Source: Octopus sinensis (taxonomy: Eukaryota). From it: a stretch of 64,000 nt of DNA. Below, one piece after another: positions 1 through 13,212 of this stretch. Numbering within the stretch: position 1 is the first letter of the stretch; each line of letters starts with the position of its first letter. Under the pieces are notes generated by a model that did no database searches, had not been told where the DNA came from, and worked only from the letters and a program-made list of their open reading frames with translations. A program made the translations under genes and the position numbers. Where the stretch lies: contig NC_043007.1 in NCBI RefSeq assembly GCF_006345805.1, forward strand, positions 18,290,001 through 18,354,000. The letters are read 5' to 3'.

Positions 1-866
1 ATTTTGTGACCTTTTTTACTGACTCAGTTTACAAGTTCTGACATTCATTACATTTCCCTTTTATTGTAATTAGGTCAGACAGGACTAAGACTCAAAGATA
101 AGACCAACTTATTTAGGTAAAATAGTATTTCTGAAACTAAAATAAATTTACACAATGGAGAGGTGTCAAAAGTCATTCTGTTGCCAGAATGAGACTTCAG
201 GGAGACGACACTTTCATAATTCAAAGGTCATTAAGAAAAATAGTACGTCACACTGGCTAAAGGAACAAAACATTAGCATCAAGCTAAGTAAAACCGCGGT
301 TAGTGCCAGTGACATGTAAAAGGAACCCGCTAAATGATGACTGTGATGATCAGATATTGAATTGAAGAATCACAAATTTCACTGTTAGAGGGCACAGTGT
401 TATGTTCAGAGTAAGGTTCTGAATACCTTCCCCACTTACAGAGTATCTAGGAGGCCATTCAGTATTGCTAATAATAGCAGCCAATCTCCTCCAAATCATA
501 CTCTACTTTCTTAAAAGGAAAAAACAGTCTAGATAGCATATCCCTAGATACACAATATCTGAAGTGAAGGTGGGATGTTTTCAACTAGAATGTCTTTAAT
601 CTGCTGGATCAGGGCTGACCTGGGACCAACAATAACAAAAAAATGTGGCAGTACTAGTGCAAGTAAGAATAGTAGGGGAACAAGTGATGGGGTATTAGTG
701 TTGATGTAACAGGAAACTAATGTATGGTTTTCAAGTAAAAGATCTCCTTTTTATGAATACAAATAGATGAAGTTCAAAAATAATTAAATGGTGCTATCAG
801 TAAGATAGATCCAGTTGAGACAAGAATTCGTATCAGAAATTGAAAAAATTTATACAATAACTCCTA

Positions 867-1270
867 GGCGTAGGAGTGGCTGTGTGGTAAGTAGGTTGCT
901 AACCAACCACAAGGTTCTGGGTTCAGTCCCACTGCATGGCACGTTGGGCAAGTGTCTTCTACTATAGCCTCAGGCCGACCAAAGCCTTGTGAGTGGATTT
1001 GGTAGATGGAAACTGAAAGAAGCCCGTCGTATATATGTATATATGTGTGTGTGTGTGTGTTTGTGTGTCTGTGTTTGTCTCTCAACATCACTTGACAACC
1101 AATGCTGGTGTGTTTACGTCCCCGTAACTTAGCGGTTCGGCAAAAGAGACCGATAGAATAAGTACTAGGCTTACAAAGAATAAGTCCTGGGGTCGATTTG
1201 CTCGACTAAAGGTGGTGCTCCAGCATGGCCATAGTCAGTCAAATGACTGAAACAAGTAAAGGAGTAAAAG
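867..1270 (+). mobile_element. tRNA-derived SINE, family A (internal TA/TG microsatellite)
   Basis: Head ggagtggctgtgtggtaag...ggttcagtcccac, core ttgggcaagtgtcttc, tail gactgaaacaagtaaaagag; multicopy in the window. Confidence 0.85.
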
Positions 1271-4200
1271 AATATAGAACCTTGAAGAATCCTACTGGCA
1301 GTTGAATGTTGATAAGAACAAACAGTTGCAGTTTCAAAAAAATATGGAGTAGTTTAGACTATATTTTATAAAGTAGTGTTGTTGAGTTCAATATACAGGA
1401 AGTACAGTAGATAGATATGATAGTTAAAGAACATTTTGTTATTGAAAACTGTTCAATCGTTAATCTACCAAAAGGCAGATGATTAATATAGTCAAAAATA
1501 TTTCATCTTCTGAAGATGCAGTTAACGGTTTAGAAAATTATATTTGAATAAACAAAACTCATTTTAGATAGTCATATAAACTTTAATAATTATGGATGTA
1601 TATTTGGAGATTTTTTTGTGATCAATGATATCCACCAGGTAGACATTCTATATGTGAGGAGTTTAATACAAAGTAGGCGGAAATAAGAACCAGATTTTAT
1701 ATTCAATAGAAAGGCAAGCTAAGATGATTACGGTTTAAAGCTGGAGTAGTTTGATCTGGTGCCAATTTGTTATGGTGAAATTGGTTGGGGGAATATAAAG
1801 ATTCTGTTTAGAAAAACAATGAAATACTAATAGCAGATTTGAACTCATTAGTCATTAACAGGTAATCCAATTCTTTATCTACTGGGCCATTTCACCCTCA
1901 ATAGATATACATAAAGTGATTGATATATTATTATCATCTAAGTTGCTAACTGACAGCTAGGTGATTTCTGAATAAATGCATGGAATATAAGGAACAAATT
2001 GAGGAACTTTACGACCAACAATGAATAGAAACTCCAATATATTGATCATATAGACTCAACTGGAAAGTTCAAAGCAAAACAAGAGATAAATACTACAGGG
2101 TCAAAATATCTATATTGTAAGGTACCAACAAAACATGTAGATATCTATACTGAATTGTGCCATAAAACACAGGGATATCAATATTGTAGGATGCTACCAA
2201 AACAGATATCTACACAGCAGAGTACCACAAACAAGGTACTGTAAGGTACCAATGAAACATATCTGCTAAATGGTATTGTGCTACACAACATAGGGATAAT
2301 GATAGTAGAGGATGCTACCAAAGCAGAGATATCTCTACTGAAATAGACAACGTAGCCATAGAATTTGAAACTAGACCCAGCCTCTGAAAACAGAATCTAA
2401 ATCTTCACTATGAATGGTCTTCTATTCTTACTTTGTATCCTGATAATTATGAGGAGAAAGGACATATCGGTAGCCTTATGAAGGCTTGCTACAATCAGGT
2501 TAGATTTGAGTGAGAAATTAATATGGTAGTTGAAAAATTGGAATGCTTTGTTTTAGAGTTCCACAGAGACATAAGGATGACCATATAATGTGTGATGCAG
2601 AGTTAAAATATAGAAACATGGTAGAAATGGTAAAAAGCAGAAAGCTGGGTATATTGTACAAGTTCCAGTGGAGAAGGCGCAGCAGACAAGGCCTGAAGAA
2701 TTAGTATACAGGGTCAACAGAAAGGAAAGAATCAATGAAGTAAATCCTGTTTAAGTACTTCAATGAAATCATCTTTATATCTAGACTATTGCATTCTTTA
2801 GATTTTTGAAATGAACTTGAAAGAATGAAATAGTTTAGATGATAATAACATCCAATGTGTTATTGTTATACAGCAAAACATTTCATAGACTTCATACTCC
2901 AACCAAATACAGTATAGAAAAGTAAACTCACGGAGAAGATGGTTATACAGATGAGACATGATAAATGAATAAAGTAGAAATAGAGAAGTAGATGGTGGAG
3001 GTGCATGGCTTAGTGGTTAGGATGTCAGACTCCTGATCATAAGATTGTGGTTTCGATTCCTGAACTGGGCAATGATTTGTGTTCTTGAGTAAAACACTTC
3101 ATTTTACATTGTTCCGGCCCACTCAGTTGGCAAAAATATGTAATCCTATGACAGACCAATGTCCCATCCATGGAGGGAATATATACATCAAAGAAACCAA
3201 GAGACCGGCCCTATGCTCCTTACAGAGTAATATGGATTAACCATAGAAGTAGGTAGCAGAAACTATAGGTATTCAAAAGAGGAAAGATGTGCTATTTGAA
3301 CACTGGTTACAATAGTTTTTTTTTTTTTGTATTTTGTATCAAAGAAAAATTTCTTAAATTATCCTACAAGAATATCTTATCTTTAAAAAAAAAAAGAAAA
3401 ACTGAAGTAAACTAAAAACAATCTTAATTATTTAGAAAAGTATTCTGTCAATGCAAACTCAAAACTATATAACACCTTTTCTTGCTCTACATCACTAATA
3501 ATAAATGATATTGCATCTAAGACAATGTGAGTTAGGACTTAATATATTAATTATATTACAATGATTGAAATGTTCATTTGACATAATTTCTAGAGGTACA
3601 ACAGAGAAATACTGGAATGGTTTGCCTCAGAAGATGGCTATTTGTAATTGATTTTAAAAAGTGTGTGGTGTTTTTGCTTTGTTAGAAGTATTTGTTTTCA
3701 ATACAACGAATTTCCATTGATACTAACTGTTGCTAAATAAAAACAATGTTTTCAGAATATCTAGAAAATTATTTTCAAAAATAATTTTTTCAAATTTTGT
3801 ATATAAATGTTTGTTTACCACAACAGTGTAGGTTTTAGGAAGCAGTGTTGATCTAATTCAAATAGAAGATTTTTGTAGCTGTTTTTGATTTTTCTCTTTT
3901 TTTTTTTTTTTATTCAGTTCTAATGTGAATGAAATAACATTTGAAAACAAAATTTTAGACGAAAGTAAATAGAAATTGTTAAAGCTCTCAGTGTTCAAAA
4001 TAATGGTAAAAGGAAGTTACCAACCGTGAAACCCTCCTCCCAAAGATGTCAGCTCTTCAACTCCTGAGAATAAGACACTGGGCTTCCGAAATCCCCAATG
4101 AATGATTAAGGAAAATCACTAGAACCACCAGGATAAAATGCTTCTGTGAAATGCAACATATGAAATATATAGCTCATGTTACCTACCTAGGGAATTTATG

Positions 4201-5333
4201 TTTACAAACAAATTCTTTTTGCCCCATCAGAGAAAAAATTTGCTGTTTGTGGGAAAAGATCTTCAGCCGTCTTCAAAATGTATATCATGAAGGAAGACAG
4301 CATTCTGGTAACTATTTGGTTACAAGAATATAACGTTTAAATTGCAATCAAATAGAAACTTTTTTGAAAAAAAAAAAAAAAAAACAACAATGCTTTTCCT
4401 TTCTAAAGAGATGAAGATGATGCTGATAACAGTGACCAACCACGTTCTAAATATGGAACAGCAGCAGAATATTCTTATATGTTTTGGATCCTGAAAGAGA
4501 TGCTATTATTTGGATGGCCCAAAAGACCATGCTAAGTTACACACAACAGCAAATCTATGATGGAAATGTAGCATCTGTGTGTAAGTGAGATGAAAATTCT
4601 CTCTTCTGAGCTGACTTTTGTTTTTCCTTAGATGATAACAAGAGCCTCCTCAATACATTCCGCCTGTATTTTTTTTAGCAAAACATCATCTCTTTCAAAG
4701 ACAGCAGAGATGTATTTTTTTCTCTAAAGATTAAACCAATGTAAATAAGTGAGTACCATTGAATCTTTGAACAAGAGTAATGTTAGAATATCAGGTTGGT
4801 TAGTTATAATGAGTATTGAAACATGAAACATGTTCAAAACAAAGAAACAGTGACTTGTGATATTTTATAAAAAACTTCAGTCTTTTTTGTGATAAAAGCG
4901 GGTAAAACAGAAATTGGAAAATAAACATAATATATAACGACATCAATTTTAACAACAAAAATCTCCTGGTTTCAAAACACAGAAAACTGGACATTATTTA
5001 AAAGGAAATAACAAAATCAAAACACATATATCTATAACATTGAATAACAAAACCAAATGAAAAGCTGTAGAAATATTTGTTGCATTGAATAGTCACACAT
5101 AAGCACAAGCACTTTTTTTCTGAGAAAACAGTCACTGTTTCTTGGGGCAGGCTTTACAGTTAAAGCCAATGGTAAGCTTTTCTAAGTACAGGCTTCGGAT
5201 GTCAGAGGTATTTCATAATTAAATCTTTTTGACATTGGAGATATGCTTTTTTTATTTTTTTATATGGGTTATAACAAAAGTGTTAGCTACATTAATAAGT
5301 GTGATAAAAGACTGAAAAGATAATTAACGTTAC

Positions 5334-5392
5334 CTTCTTGTAAATCATTGTGACAAAACACTACAGGTGAGTTTACTTTTTCAAGGCTGTCC
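5334..5392 (-). CDS. CHKA: Choline kinase exon 5 (DSLEKVNSPVVFCHNDLQE-G, Brenner phosphotransferase motif)
   Basis: Acceptor ctgttttag|G, donor G|GTAACG, 59 bp; SPVVFCHNDLQEG is diagnostic. Confidence 0.96.
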
Positions 5393-5543
5393 CTAAAACA
5401 GTGAGAAAAGATAACATTGAAATGCTTTTACATATGAGGTAAATATCAGTTTCAAATAAATGGCACAAGGCCAGCAATTTCATGGGAGGTGGGTAAGTGA
5501 TTACATCACCCAACCAGTACTCAAACGGTACTTATTTCATCAC

Positions 5544-5768
5544 GGCGAGCTGGCAGAAACGTTAGCACGCCGGGTGAAATGCGTAGTCGTATTTCGTCAG
5601 CTGTTACGTTCAGATTCCGCTGAGGTCGACTTTGCCTTTCATCCTTTCGGGGTCGATTAAATAAGTACCAGTTACGCACTGGGGTCGATGTAATCGACTT
5701 AATCCATGTGTCTGTCCTTGTTTGTCCTTTCTGTGTTTAGCCCCTTGTGGGTAGTAAAGAAATAGGTC
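5544..5768 (+). mobile_element. SINE family B nested in an older SINE
   Basis: 13-bp TSD cttatttcatcac (5531-5543 / 5769-5781). Confidence 0.9.
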
Positions 5769-5974
5769 CTTATTTCATCACCTCTGAAAGGTTGAAAGGC
5801 AAAGTTGATAACACAGGATGTGAAGACAAATGAAATACTGCAAAGCATTTATGCCTGGAATGCTAATGATTCTGCCATCTTACTTCCCAAAGAACTTAGA
5901 CATGGAACCTTAGATTTAAAAAATAGAAATGAAAAACAAAAACAAATAATGTCAGAAATATAAGTTAATAAATA

Positions 5975-6381
5975 GGCACAGGCAAGACTGTGTGATAAGA
6001 AGTTTACTTCCAAACCACATGGTTCCGGGTTCAGTCCCACTGCATAGCACTTTGGGCAAGTGTCTTTTACTATAGCCCCAGGTCAATCAAAGCCTTCTGA
6101 GAGGATTTGGTAGATGGAAACTGAAAGAAGCTCATTGTGTGTATATATATATGTCGCTATTCATGTGTCTTTTTGTCTGTGTTTGTCTTGCATCACCATT
6201 TGACAACTGGTGTCGGTGTACTTATATTACCACAACTTAACAGTTTGGCAAAAAAGATCAATAGAGTAAGTACCAGGCCTAAAAAAAAGAAAAAAGGTAC
6301 TGGGGTCAATTAATTTGACTAAAAATTCTTCGAGGCAGTACTCCAGCTTGGCCAGTCTAATGACTGAAACAAGTAAAAGAT
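5975..6381 (+). mobile_element. SINE family A
   Basis: Full-length match to 867-1270. Confidence 0.82.
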
Positions 6382-6429
6382 AAATCTCCAAAGAAAATAC
6401 CTGAAAAACAGGATTACTAACAGGTATCC

Positions 6430-6653
6430 TGTTTCTCTACTACCCACAAGGGGCTAAACACAAAGGGGACAAACAAGAACAGACAAACGGATTAAGTCGA
6501 TTACATCGACCTCAGTGCATAACTGGTACTTATCCCGAAAGGATGAAAGGCAAAGTCGACCTTGGCAGAATTTGAACGCAGAACGTAGCGGCAGACGAAA
6601 TACCGCTAGGCATTCCGCCCGGCGTGCTAATGTTTCTGCCAGCTCGCCGCCTT
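6430..6653 (-). mobile_element. SINE family B
   Basis: 19-bp TSD ggattactaacaggtatcc (6411-6429 / 6654-6672). Confidence 0.9.
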
Positions 6654-6891
6654 GGATTACTAACAGGTATCCATCATTCTCTTTCTATTGATGATATCCA
6701 CAACTAGTTGTCAGTCACTCTCAATTACCATATAACATTAACCTTTGATAAAGTAAAATATATTGATTTTCAATCGGTCTTCAGCCGCTTATGCTCTTGC
6801 ATTTAGAGTATCTAGGCCATCAAAATAAATAAGGTATAAAACTTAGTAGGTTCTGAAAAGCCTACAAACCTCCATAGAACTCAGAGAGAGC

Positions 6892-7255
6892 GAATCTTTT
6901 CACTTTGACCGGCAGATTTTTAAAATAATTTCTTTGTAAATAAACACTTTTAAATTTCGTATACTGGTAGTGTGTTTCATAAAACATCTTTTTCTCTTGG
7001 CTTTCTTGGGAAATTTCTGTAGTTTGTAAGCTATTTGTTGTTTAATTTTTTGCATTTCGGCAATTTCAACCAATCAATGACGTCTATTGAGGTGAATACC
7101 TTTTCTGCCGTAGTGTGTCAACAACAATTATTTGCGGTGTCATATGAATTTGTGACAGATGTTTTATACACACATTCTACCAGTATACAAAGATTAAAGG
7201 TGTTTAGTTACAAAGAAATTATTAAAAAAATCTGCCGGTCAAAGCGAAAAGATCC
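6892..7255. mobile_element. Related GG..CC MITE with ~100-bp imperfect TIRs
   Basis: TSD gagagagc/gagacagc; internal sequence shared with 14081-14512. Confidence 0.82.
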
Positions 7256-7718
7256 GAGACAGCTTCTATGTTGTTGCACAACGTACTAGAAATAAAAGAA
7301 AAAAATTCCCTCAAATTACACACTACTATCTTTTAAACAACAGAAGCATACATTTTTTACGCCATTAAAAAAGTGGCCTTTGATCAAAATTTGCTCGATC
7401 AGGACTCGATGGAGTAACAGCATAAACATAAGTTATCTCCCTTATGTCGTAAATTATTTCCCTTAGTAAAAATGGCGAAGTTGGTTTTTAACTTTCCTAA
7501 AATTTAGATATTCATTCATACATTAATTTAAACGGACGACATGAGAAAGGAAATGTAATTTTAAGTTCTAACAAATCTATACAAAGCACTCAAGCATGAA
7601 GTTTTAACTTTGAATCTATGAAGCAATGAATTTTTATACTGTTATTTGACTACCATTTAAAAATAAGGCAGGGCATATAATTCTAGATAAAGAAAAAGAT
7701 GATATAACATACATTATA

Positions 7719-8120
7719 TATTTCTTTACTGCCCACAAGAGGCTAAACATAGAGGGTACAAACGGATTAAGTCGATTATATCGACCCAGTGTGTAACTGG
7801 TACTTTATTTATCGACCCTGAAAGGATGAAAGGCAAAGTCGACCTCGGCGGAATTTGAACTCAGAACGTAACGACAGACGAAATACCTATTTCTTTACTA
7901 CCCACAAGGGGCTAAACACAAAGGGGACAAACAAGGACAGACAAACGGATTGTCGATCATATCGACCCCAGTGCATAACTGGTACTTACTTAATCGCCCC
8001 CGAAAGGATGAAAGGCAAAGTCGACCTGGGCGGAATTTGAACTCAGAACGTAGCGGCAGACGAAATACCGCTAAGCATTTCGCCCGGCGTGCTAACGTTT
8101 CTGCCAGCTCGCCGCCTTAG
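7719..8120 (-). mobile_element. SINE family B dimer
   Basis: 21-bp TSD gatgatataacatacattata (7698-7718 / 8121-8141) flanks both monomers. Confidence 0.9.
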
Positions 8121-8163
8121 GATGATATAACATACATTATAATAACTGTGATGCAATACTTAC

Positions 8164-8271
8164 ATTAAGTCATGCATTTCCTTCTCAAGATTCTTTGGTA
8201 GAAACTTCCGCAATTCTTCATGCTTCCACAAACCATTACAGAGAAAGGCCTCTTTTACTTCACTTAACCAT
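8164..8271 (-). CDS. CHKA: Choline kinase exon 4 (WLSEVKEAFLCNGLWKHEELRKFLPKNLEKEMHDL-M)
   Basis: Acceptor ctctttcag|A, donor AT|GTAAGT, 108 bp, phase 2-2; bridges exons 3 and 5 without stops. Confidence 0.88.
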
Positions 8272-8346
8272 CTGAAAGAGAAGATGTCAAACTGGTGTTA
8301 ATGTACTTTTACAAACGAAAATGTGTATATGTATGTAACTAAGTGC

Positions 8347-8378
<32 letters not shown>

Positions 8379-8499
8379 CACACATACATACATATACACA
8401 CACATACATACATAGTATGTTCAGGTTAAATCTGATGAATTTTTGTCTCCCTTTTGTTCAGAAACGGCTTGATGTATTGGTGAACGATCAATGACACTG

Positions 8500-9930
8500 G
8501 AATGTATAAAGATTGAAGTTGTAATTGAGAAACGGTTAGCTGTCATGCAGGACTGGAAGCCATCTGAATATTGGGAAAGAGTTACCTGTGCCATGGTGAT
8601 TCACACTGGATGTCAAAATGCCAACAACATGATTGCTACTCAATGATCTGTGGACACTGTAAAGGCGGTAAGACAAGACATGGACAACTGCAACGGACAC
8701 TATGAAACCATGGCCAGCAGGAATACAGCAGGCATTCTGATTGTGTCCACATGTTGGAATTCATCCAACATGATCGTTGCCAGAGCAGCCAACTGGCTTC
8801 CATGCCAGTGACACGTAAAAGGGCACCATTCGAGCGTGATCGTTACCAAAGTCGCCTTACTGGCACCTGCGCTGGTTGCATGTGTAAAAGGATTTGAGCG
8901 AGGTCGTTGCCAGTACCGCCTGACTGACCCCCCCCCCCCGTGCCTGTGGCACGTAAAAAGCACCCACTACACTCTCAGAGTGGTTGGCGTTAGGAAGGGC
9001 ATCCAGCTGTAGAAACTGCCAAATCAAGATTGGAGCCTGGTGCAACCATCTGGTTCGCCAGACCTCAGTCAAAATCGTCCAACCCATGCTAGCATGGAAA
9101 GTGGACGTTAAAAGATGATGATGATGATGATGAACAAGGTAATGGAAGATCTGAGTAAGGGAATCCAGGCTTTTGTGAGAGAGAGATAAGCGAGTCACCC
9201 GTAATGAGGACCTTTGCTACAACCTGTAAAAGAAGTGCAAGAGACATATTCTGATAGCAAAGGCCCATGAGAACTGCTTGATGGATGCAAAGAAGCTCCC
9301 GAACAAGCTGTAACTTCCGGTGGAGCTGGGGATGATCTGGTTCTTCTTAGCTGAAAAGAACTCCTGGCAGTATGAGTTGCACAACTTCCAGAACAACAAG
9401 TGGACTTGCCAACGATTCATGTGATGTCCCATGTATCATGAAATGCAAGTTCTCCAAACTCTGGTGGTCTTTGCGTGTCTCCAGTGAGGGTGACACCATA
9501 CCTGTCCCACCTCTGTGAACAGGGCCTTAGGCTCAATTCAGATGGCTATGTGAAGCTGCTGCAGACTGCGATCAAACCCTGGTTGGAGATGGTTACTGTT
9601 AGAAGGCCATATGTGTGGCAGCAGGATTTGGCTCCTTGCCTTAACTCTAGAAAGAGTCAGAAGTGGTTGTTGGAGAATTTCTACAACTTCACCAGCCTCA
9701 ATTTCTGGCCTCCTAATTCCCCTGTTTGTAATCCCATGGATTACTAAGTTTGGGGCATGGTTGAGAAAGATCCTAACCACTTTGTCCACAACACCAACTG
9801 CCGAGCTGGTGGCCAAGATCAAGGAGGTGCTTAAAAGATCTTCTCAGAGACACAGTGAAGAACTCATACATCAGGTTCCAGAGCTGCCTTGAGCTGTAGT
9901 GGAAGCTGAGGGTAGCTACTCTGAGTAAAC
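8500..9930 (+). mobile_element. Tc1/mariner transposase pseudogene, DD37D (maT-like), interrupted at 8772-9132
   Basis: YVWQQD-x37-D: WQQDLAPCLNSRKSQKWLLENFYNFTSLNFWPPNSPVCNPMDY; stops and frameshifts; TIRs not identified. Confidence 0.85.
8772..9132 (+). mobile_element. RTE LINE 3'UTR copy inserted into a Tc1/mariner relic
   Basis: Same UTR blocks and (GAT)n tail; transposase reading continues on both sides. Confidence 0.85.
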
Positions 9931-10108
9931 AGTTACCTCCCAGCAATAATCTAGTCGGCATTCTTTGACTTTTAAAAATATTTTTATTTTTGGATGGTAT
10001 ATTGTGTTCTCTTTCCTTTAGATGCAAACTCAACTTTTGTATGAGCATCCTCTCTCTCCCTTTATATATATATATGCTAGCATGGAAAACGGACGCTAAA
10101 TGATGATG

Positions 10109-10143
<35 letters not shown>

Positions 10144-10969
10144 TATGCATGTAGAGAGAGAGGTACCAGCATCACAGTATTTGTTGGATGTTGAACCAAA
10201 GTTTAGGACTCATATTCAATGCTTGAGCTAAAACAGTCTCCTTTCTTCCTACTTATGCTTACATCAGAGTAGTGTGGCATGAATACCCTTAGCCAACACT
10301 GTTTTATATATATATATATATATATGTAGTGGATGCAGATGCGCGCATGGCTATGTGGTTAAGAAGCTCACTTTGCAATCATGTGGTATTGGGTTCAGTC
10401 TCCCTACATGGTACTTTGGGTAAGTGTATACTACTGTGGCCTTAAGCTGACCAATGACTTGTGAGTGAATTTGGTAGATGGAAACTGTGTGGATGCCTGT
10501 TGCATGTGTGTGTGCGCATGTGCACGTGCACATACAGGCATGTATACAAAGGACATCCAGCCATAAAAACCATGCCAAAGAAGACACTGGGGTTTAGCAC
10601 AGTGCTCTAGCTTGCCATCTCCTGTCAAAAAGTCCAACCCATGTCAACATGGAAAATGGATGTTAAATAATGATTCTGTGTGTGTGAAGAGAGACTGAGA
10701 GGGACAGAGAGAGACTGAGAGACAGAGAGAGCTATAAATAAATACACACACACAAATGGGTATACAATAGCAGAAAAATGTACTCAATACATTCTGTTGA
10801 TACTAAGTATTCTGTTTGCATACAGTCATGCCAGAAGAATCTCAGAATAATGATGGATTTAATCATTAGTTTTGAATGAGTAAAATATATGCAAAATATA
10901 CAAAAATATTTTTCAAGAAATAATTTTATGATTATTAAAACACACAAGGTAATAAGCGTATAAACTTAC

Positions 10970-11103
10970 CGGTACATGACATCATGTAACCATTTGGGTC
11001 GCTTACATAAAGGCATTTCCAAAGTGTGAAAATACCCCAATTTTGTTGCAATACCTTTAAATATTACCGGATTCAGAAGATCAGTTCTTGAAAGACAACG
11101 AGC
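10970..11103 (-). CDS. CHKA: Choline kinase exon 3 (ARCLSRTDLLNPVIFKGIATKLGYFHTLEMPLCKRPKWLHDVMY-R)
   Basis: Acceptor tttttgtag|GCT, donor CG|GTAAGT, 134 bp, in frame; matches the family IATKxxxFHxxEMP motif. Confidence 0.95.
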
Positions 11104-11309
11104 CTACAAAAATTCCAAGCATAGCCATTTATTCATATTGTTCTTGACAACAACAGACTAATTATGTAATTCAATTAATATTTTCAAAATTAAACATTTG
11201 GAGTTGGTTATAATTAACCAGCATATTCAGCTGGTATTTGAAATAGTAGAACTTAATACAAGGTTCTTACATAAAACTAAGATAAAAGTTTTCACTAGTT
11301 GTAATTTTG

Positions 11310-11960
11310 CTTCATCATTTAAGAAGCTTCCACTTTAGGACATTGGCTGTAATTTAAGTATCCTGGGGCTGTATTCATTAGTGTTGGGAGGCAGAAGGTG
11401 AAATTGGATCTTAGAATTGCAGGTGCTGGTACAGTAATACACCAGTGGTCATTCCTCAAATGAGGAGTGGTCGGTAAAAAGGCCAAACTTGTTATCTTCA
11501 ATTTGGATTTTGTGCCTATCCTCACCTCTGATCATGAATGGTGGATAATGACTGAAAGTGTTTGATCACAAATACAAGCAGCCAAAATTACTTCAAAGGA
11601 TCTCTTTGGTCATGTTACTCAACAGGGTGCATAGCTTGAAAATCAGAGAGCCTTTCTAGATTGAACTGTTATTTCTCCGCATTCAAAGGTCACAGCTCCA
11701 ATACTATGGTTATTGTGGTTAGAATGTTATGTGAAAGGATTGCAAAACAGATTCTTCAAGCTGAACCAATCAGCATGAGAATTAGTGAAATGGTTGAATA
11801 ATATCCAAAGCCTCAGTTGGTTATATTTGGAAATCCAGCAGGAAAGAATTCTGGTGGCTGTTTTTGATAGAACCCAATAGAGGAGGTGCCTGAGGACTCT
11901 ACTCCAATGACTGTTCTAGGAACAGTGGATGACAAAGATGGATTGATGGACGGACTATTG
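11310..11960 (+). mobile_element. Highly degraded RTE-like LINE fragment
   Basis: Residual FVPILTSDHEWWIMTESVxSQIQAA, resembling RTE LTYGHExW(V)MTE motifs; many stops. Confidence 0.55.
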
Positions 11961-12242
11961 GAATATGGGCAGTTTTGTGTATACCATGATATTAGATACC
12001 ATGGTATTAGAGTTGTTGAGAGCTGGGATCAGTATTACAATAGCTAAGGCAAGAATACTGGAAGTTTAATAGTTTTTTCTCGCTATATAATATAGTGAAC
12101 ACAGTAAAGTTATGGTCTATAATGAATATCAGCTGGAGGAAGTAGGTGTGGGTCATATACTTAAATTGATAGTAAATAATTTTTCTACTCCAAAACTGAA
12201 CCCAGATGGGGTGCATAAACCATTGCGCCACTTCAATTAAAC

Positions 12243-12553
12243 CAGTGGTTCTCAACCATTTTTATCTATCGACCCTTTTGATTACTATTCTATTCTGGTG
12301 GACCTCCATAACCAGTTGATGTTTAAAAACTAGTTCTATAGATACTTCTCTCAAAATTACTGTTTTGTTTTACACACATTAGAGAAAGAACTGTTTCTTG
12401 TAATATGTAATAAACACATTCAAAGTAACATTTTTTCACAGACCCTTTAAAATACTGCTGTAGATCCCCAATTTACTATTTTGCCTGCACTAACCCCCAA
12501 AAGTCTTACATAGATCCCAAGGTATCATAGGGACTCCAGTTGAAGAACCACTG
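12243..12553. mobile_element. hAT-type MITE
   Basis: TIR cagtggttctcaac/gttgaagaaccactg; perfect 8-bp TSD aattaaac. Confidence 0.9.
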
Positions 12554-12576
12554 AATTAAACCAAAATTGGACTTAA

Positions 12577-12796
12577 CCCTTTAATGTTCAGATTACTCTG
12601 TTAAATGTAAAGCTTTTTCACTCAAATTGTTTTGAATTAATCATGCATTATCTCACAGCTTTGAGGTTTCAATGATGTGATTATTTATTTTTAGAATGTC
12701 AATGTAGGTTAGGTGTGAGAGGCTAGATATGGCTAGTTCAAATATAAATCATGTAGAATATTTGGGCTGGATATGGCCAGTTTAAACATTAAAGGG
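12577..12796. mobile_element. TTAA MITE family 2 (other copies 33414-33634, 36162-36378, 42903-43126)
   Basis: ttaaccctttaatgttcagatt...aaagggtcaa; four related copies. Confidence 0.8.
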
Positions 12797-13212
12797 TCAA
12801 TCAACCAAATACTCTCCAACCCAATTACAGATCTGTAATCTTAGAAACCTATGGTATTAGCCTTTTACTATCTGTACTAACTATAATGCATACAAATAAA
12901 TAAATGAATGAATAGAAGCAGATTCACGGTAGCTGTTGGGGTAAGTTGCTGGTCTAGTGATTACATAGTCACAAGTCGAATGCAAAGTACCTCACTGTGG
13001 CTGTGTAAGATAACCTAGGTTCAAAATGTATAAAATCCATTCTAACTACATGGTTGAATGGCTGTTAGAAACAGACAAGGCATCCATATGGAAAATAAAC
13101 AGTTTACTCAGGCAATATTCAAATTTTCAAAATGACATTTCACCAATGCCAACATTGCAAAAATATAAGCAAGAACAAGTGAAAATGTAAATAAAATCCA
13201 AATCATTCTTAC

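Noticed and set aside
4151-4333. 60-aa ORF and other short ORFs in unique intron sequence
   Set aside because: No recognisable motif or convincing splice sites; expected by chance.
1-5333. Next kinase exon (GNIL...DFEY)
   Set aside because: No matching frame with splice sites found by eye; presumed left of the window.
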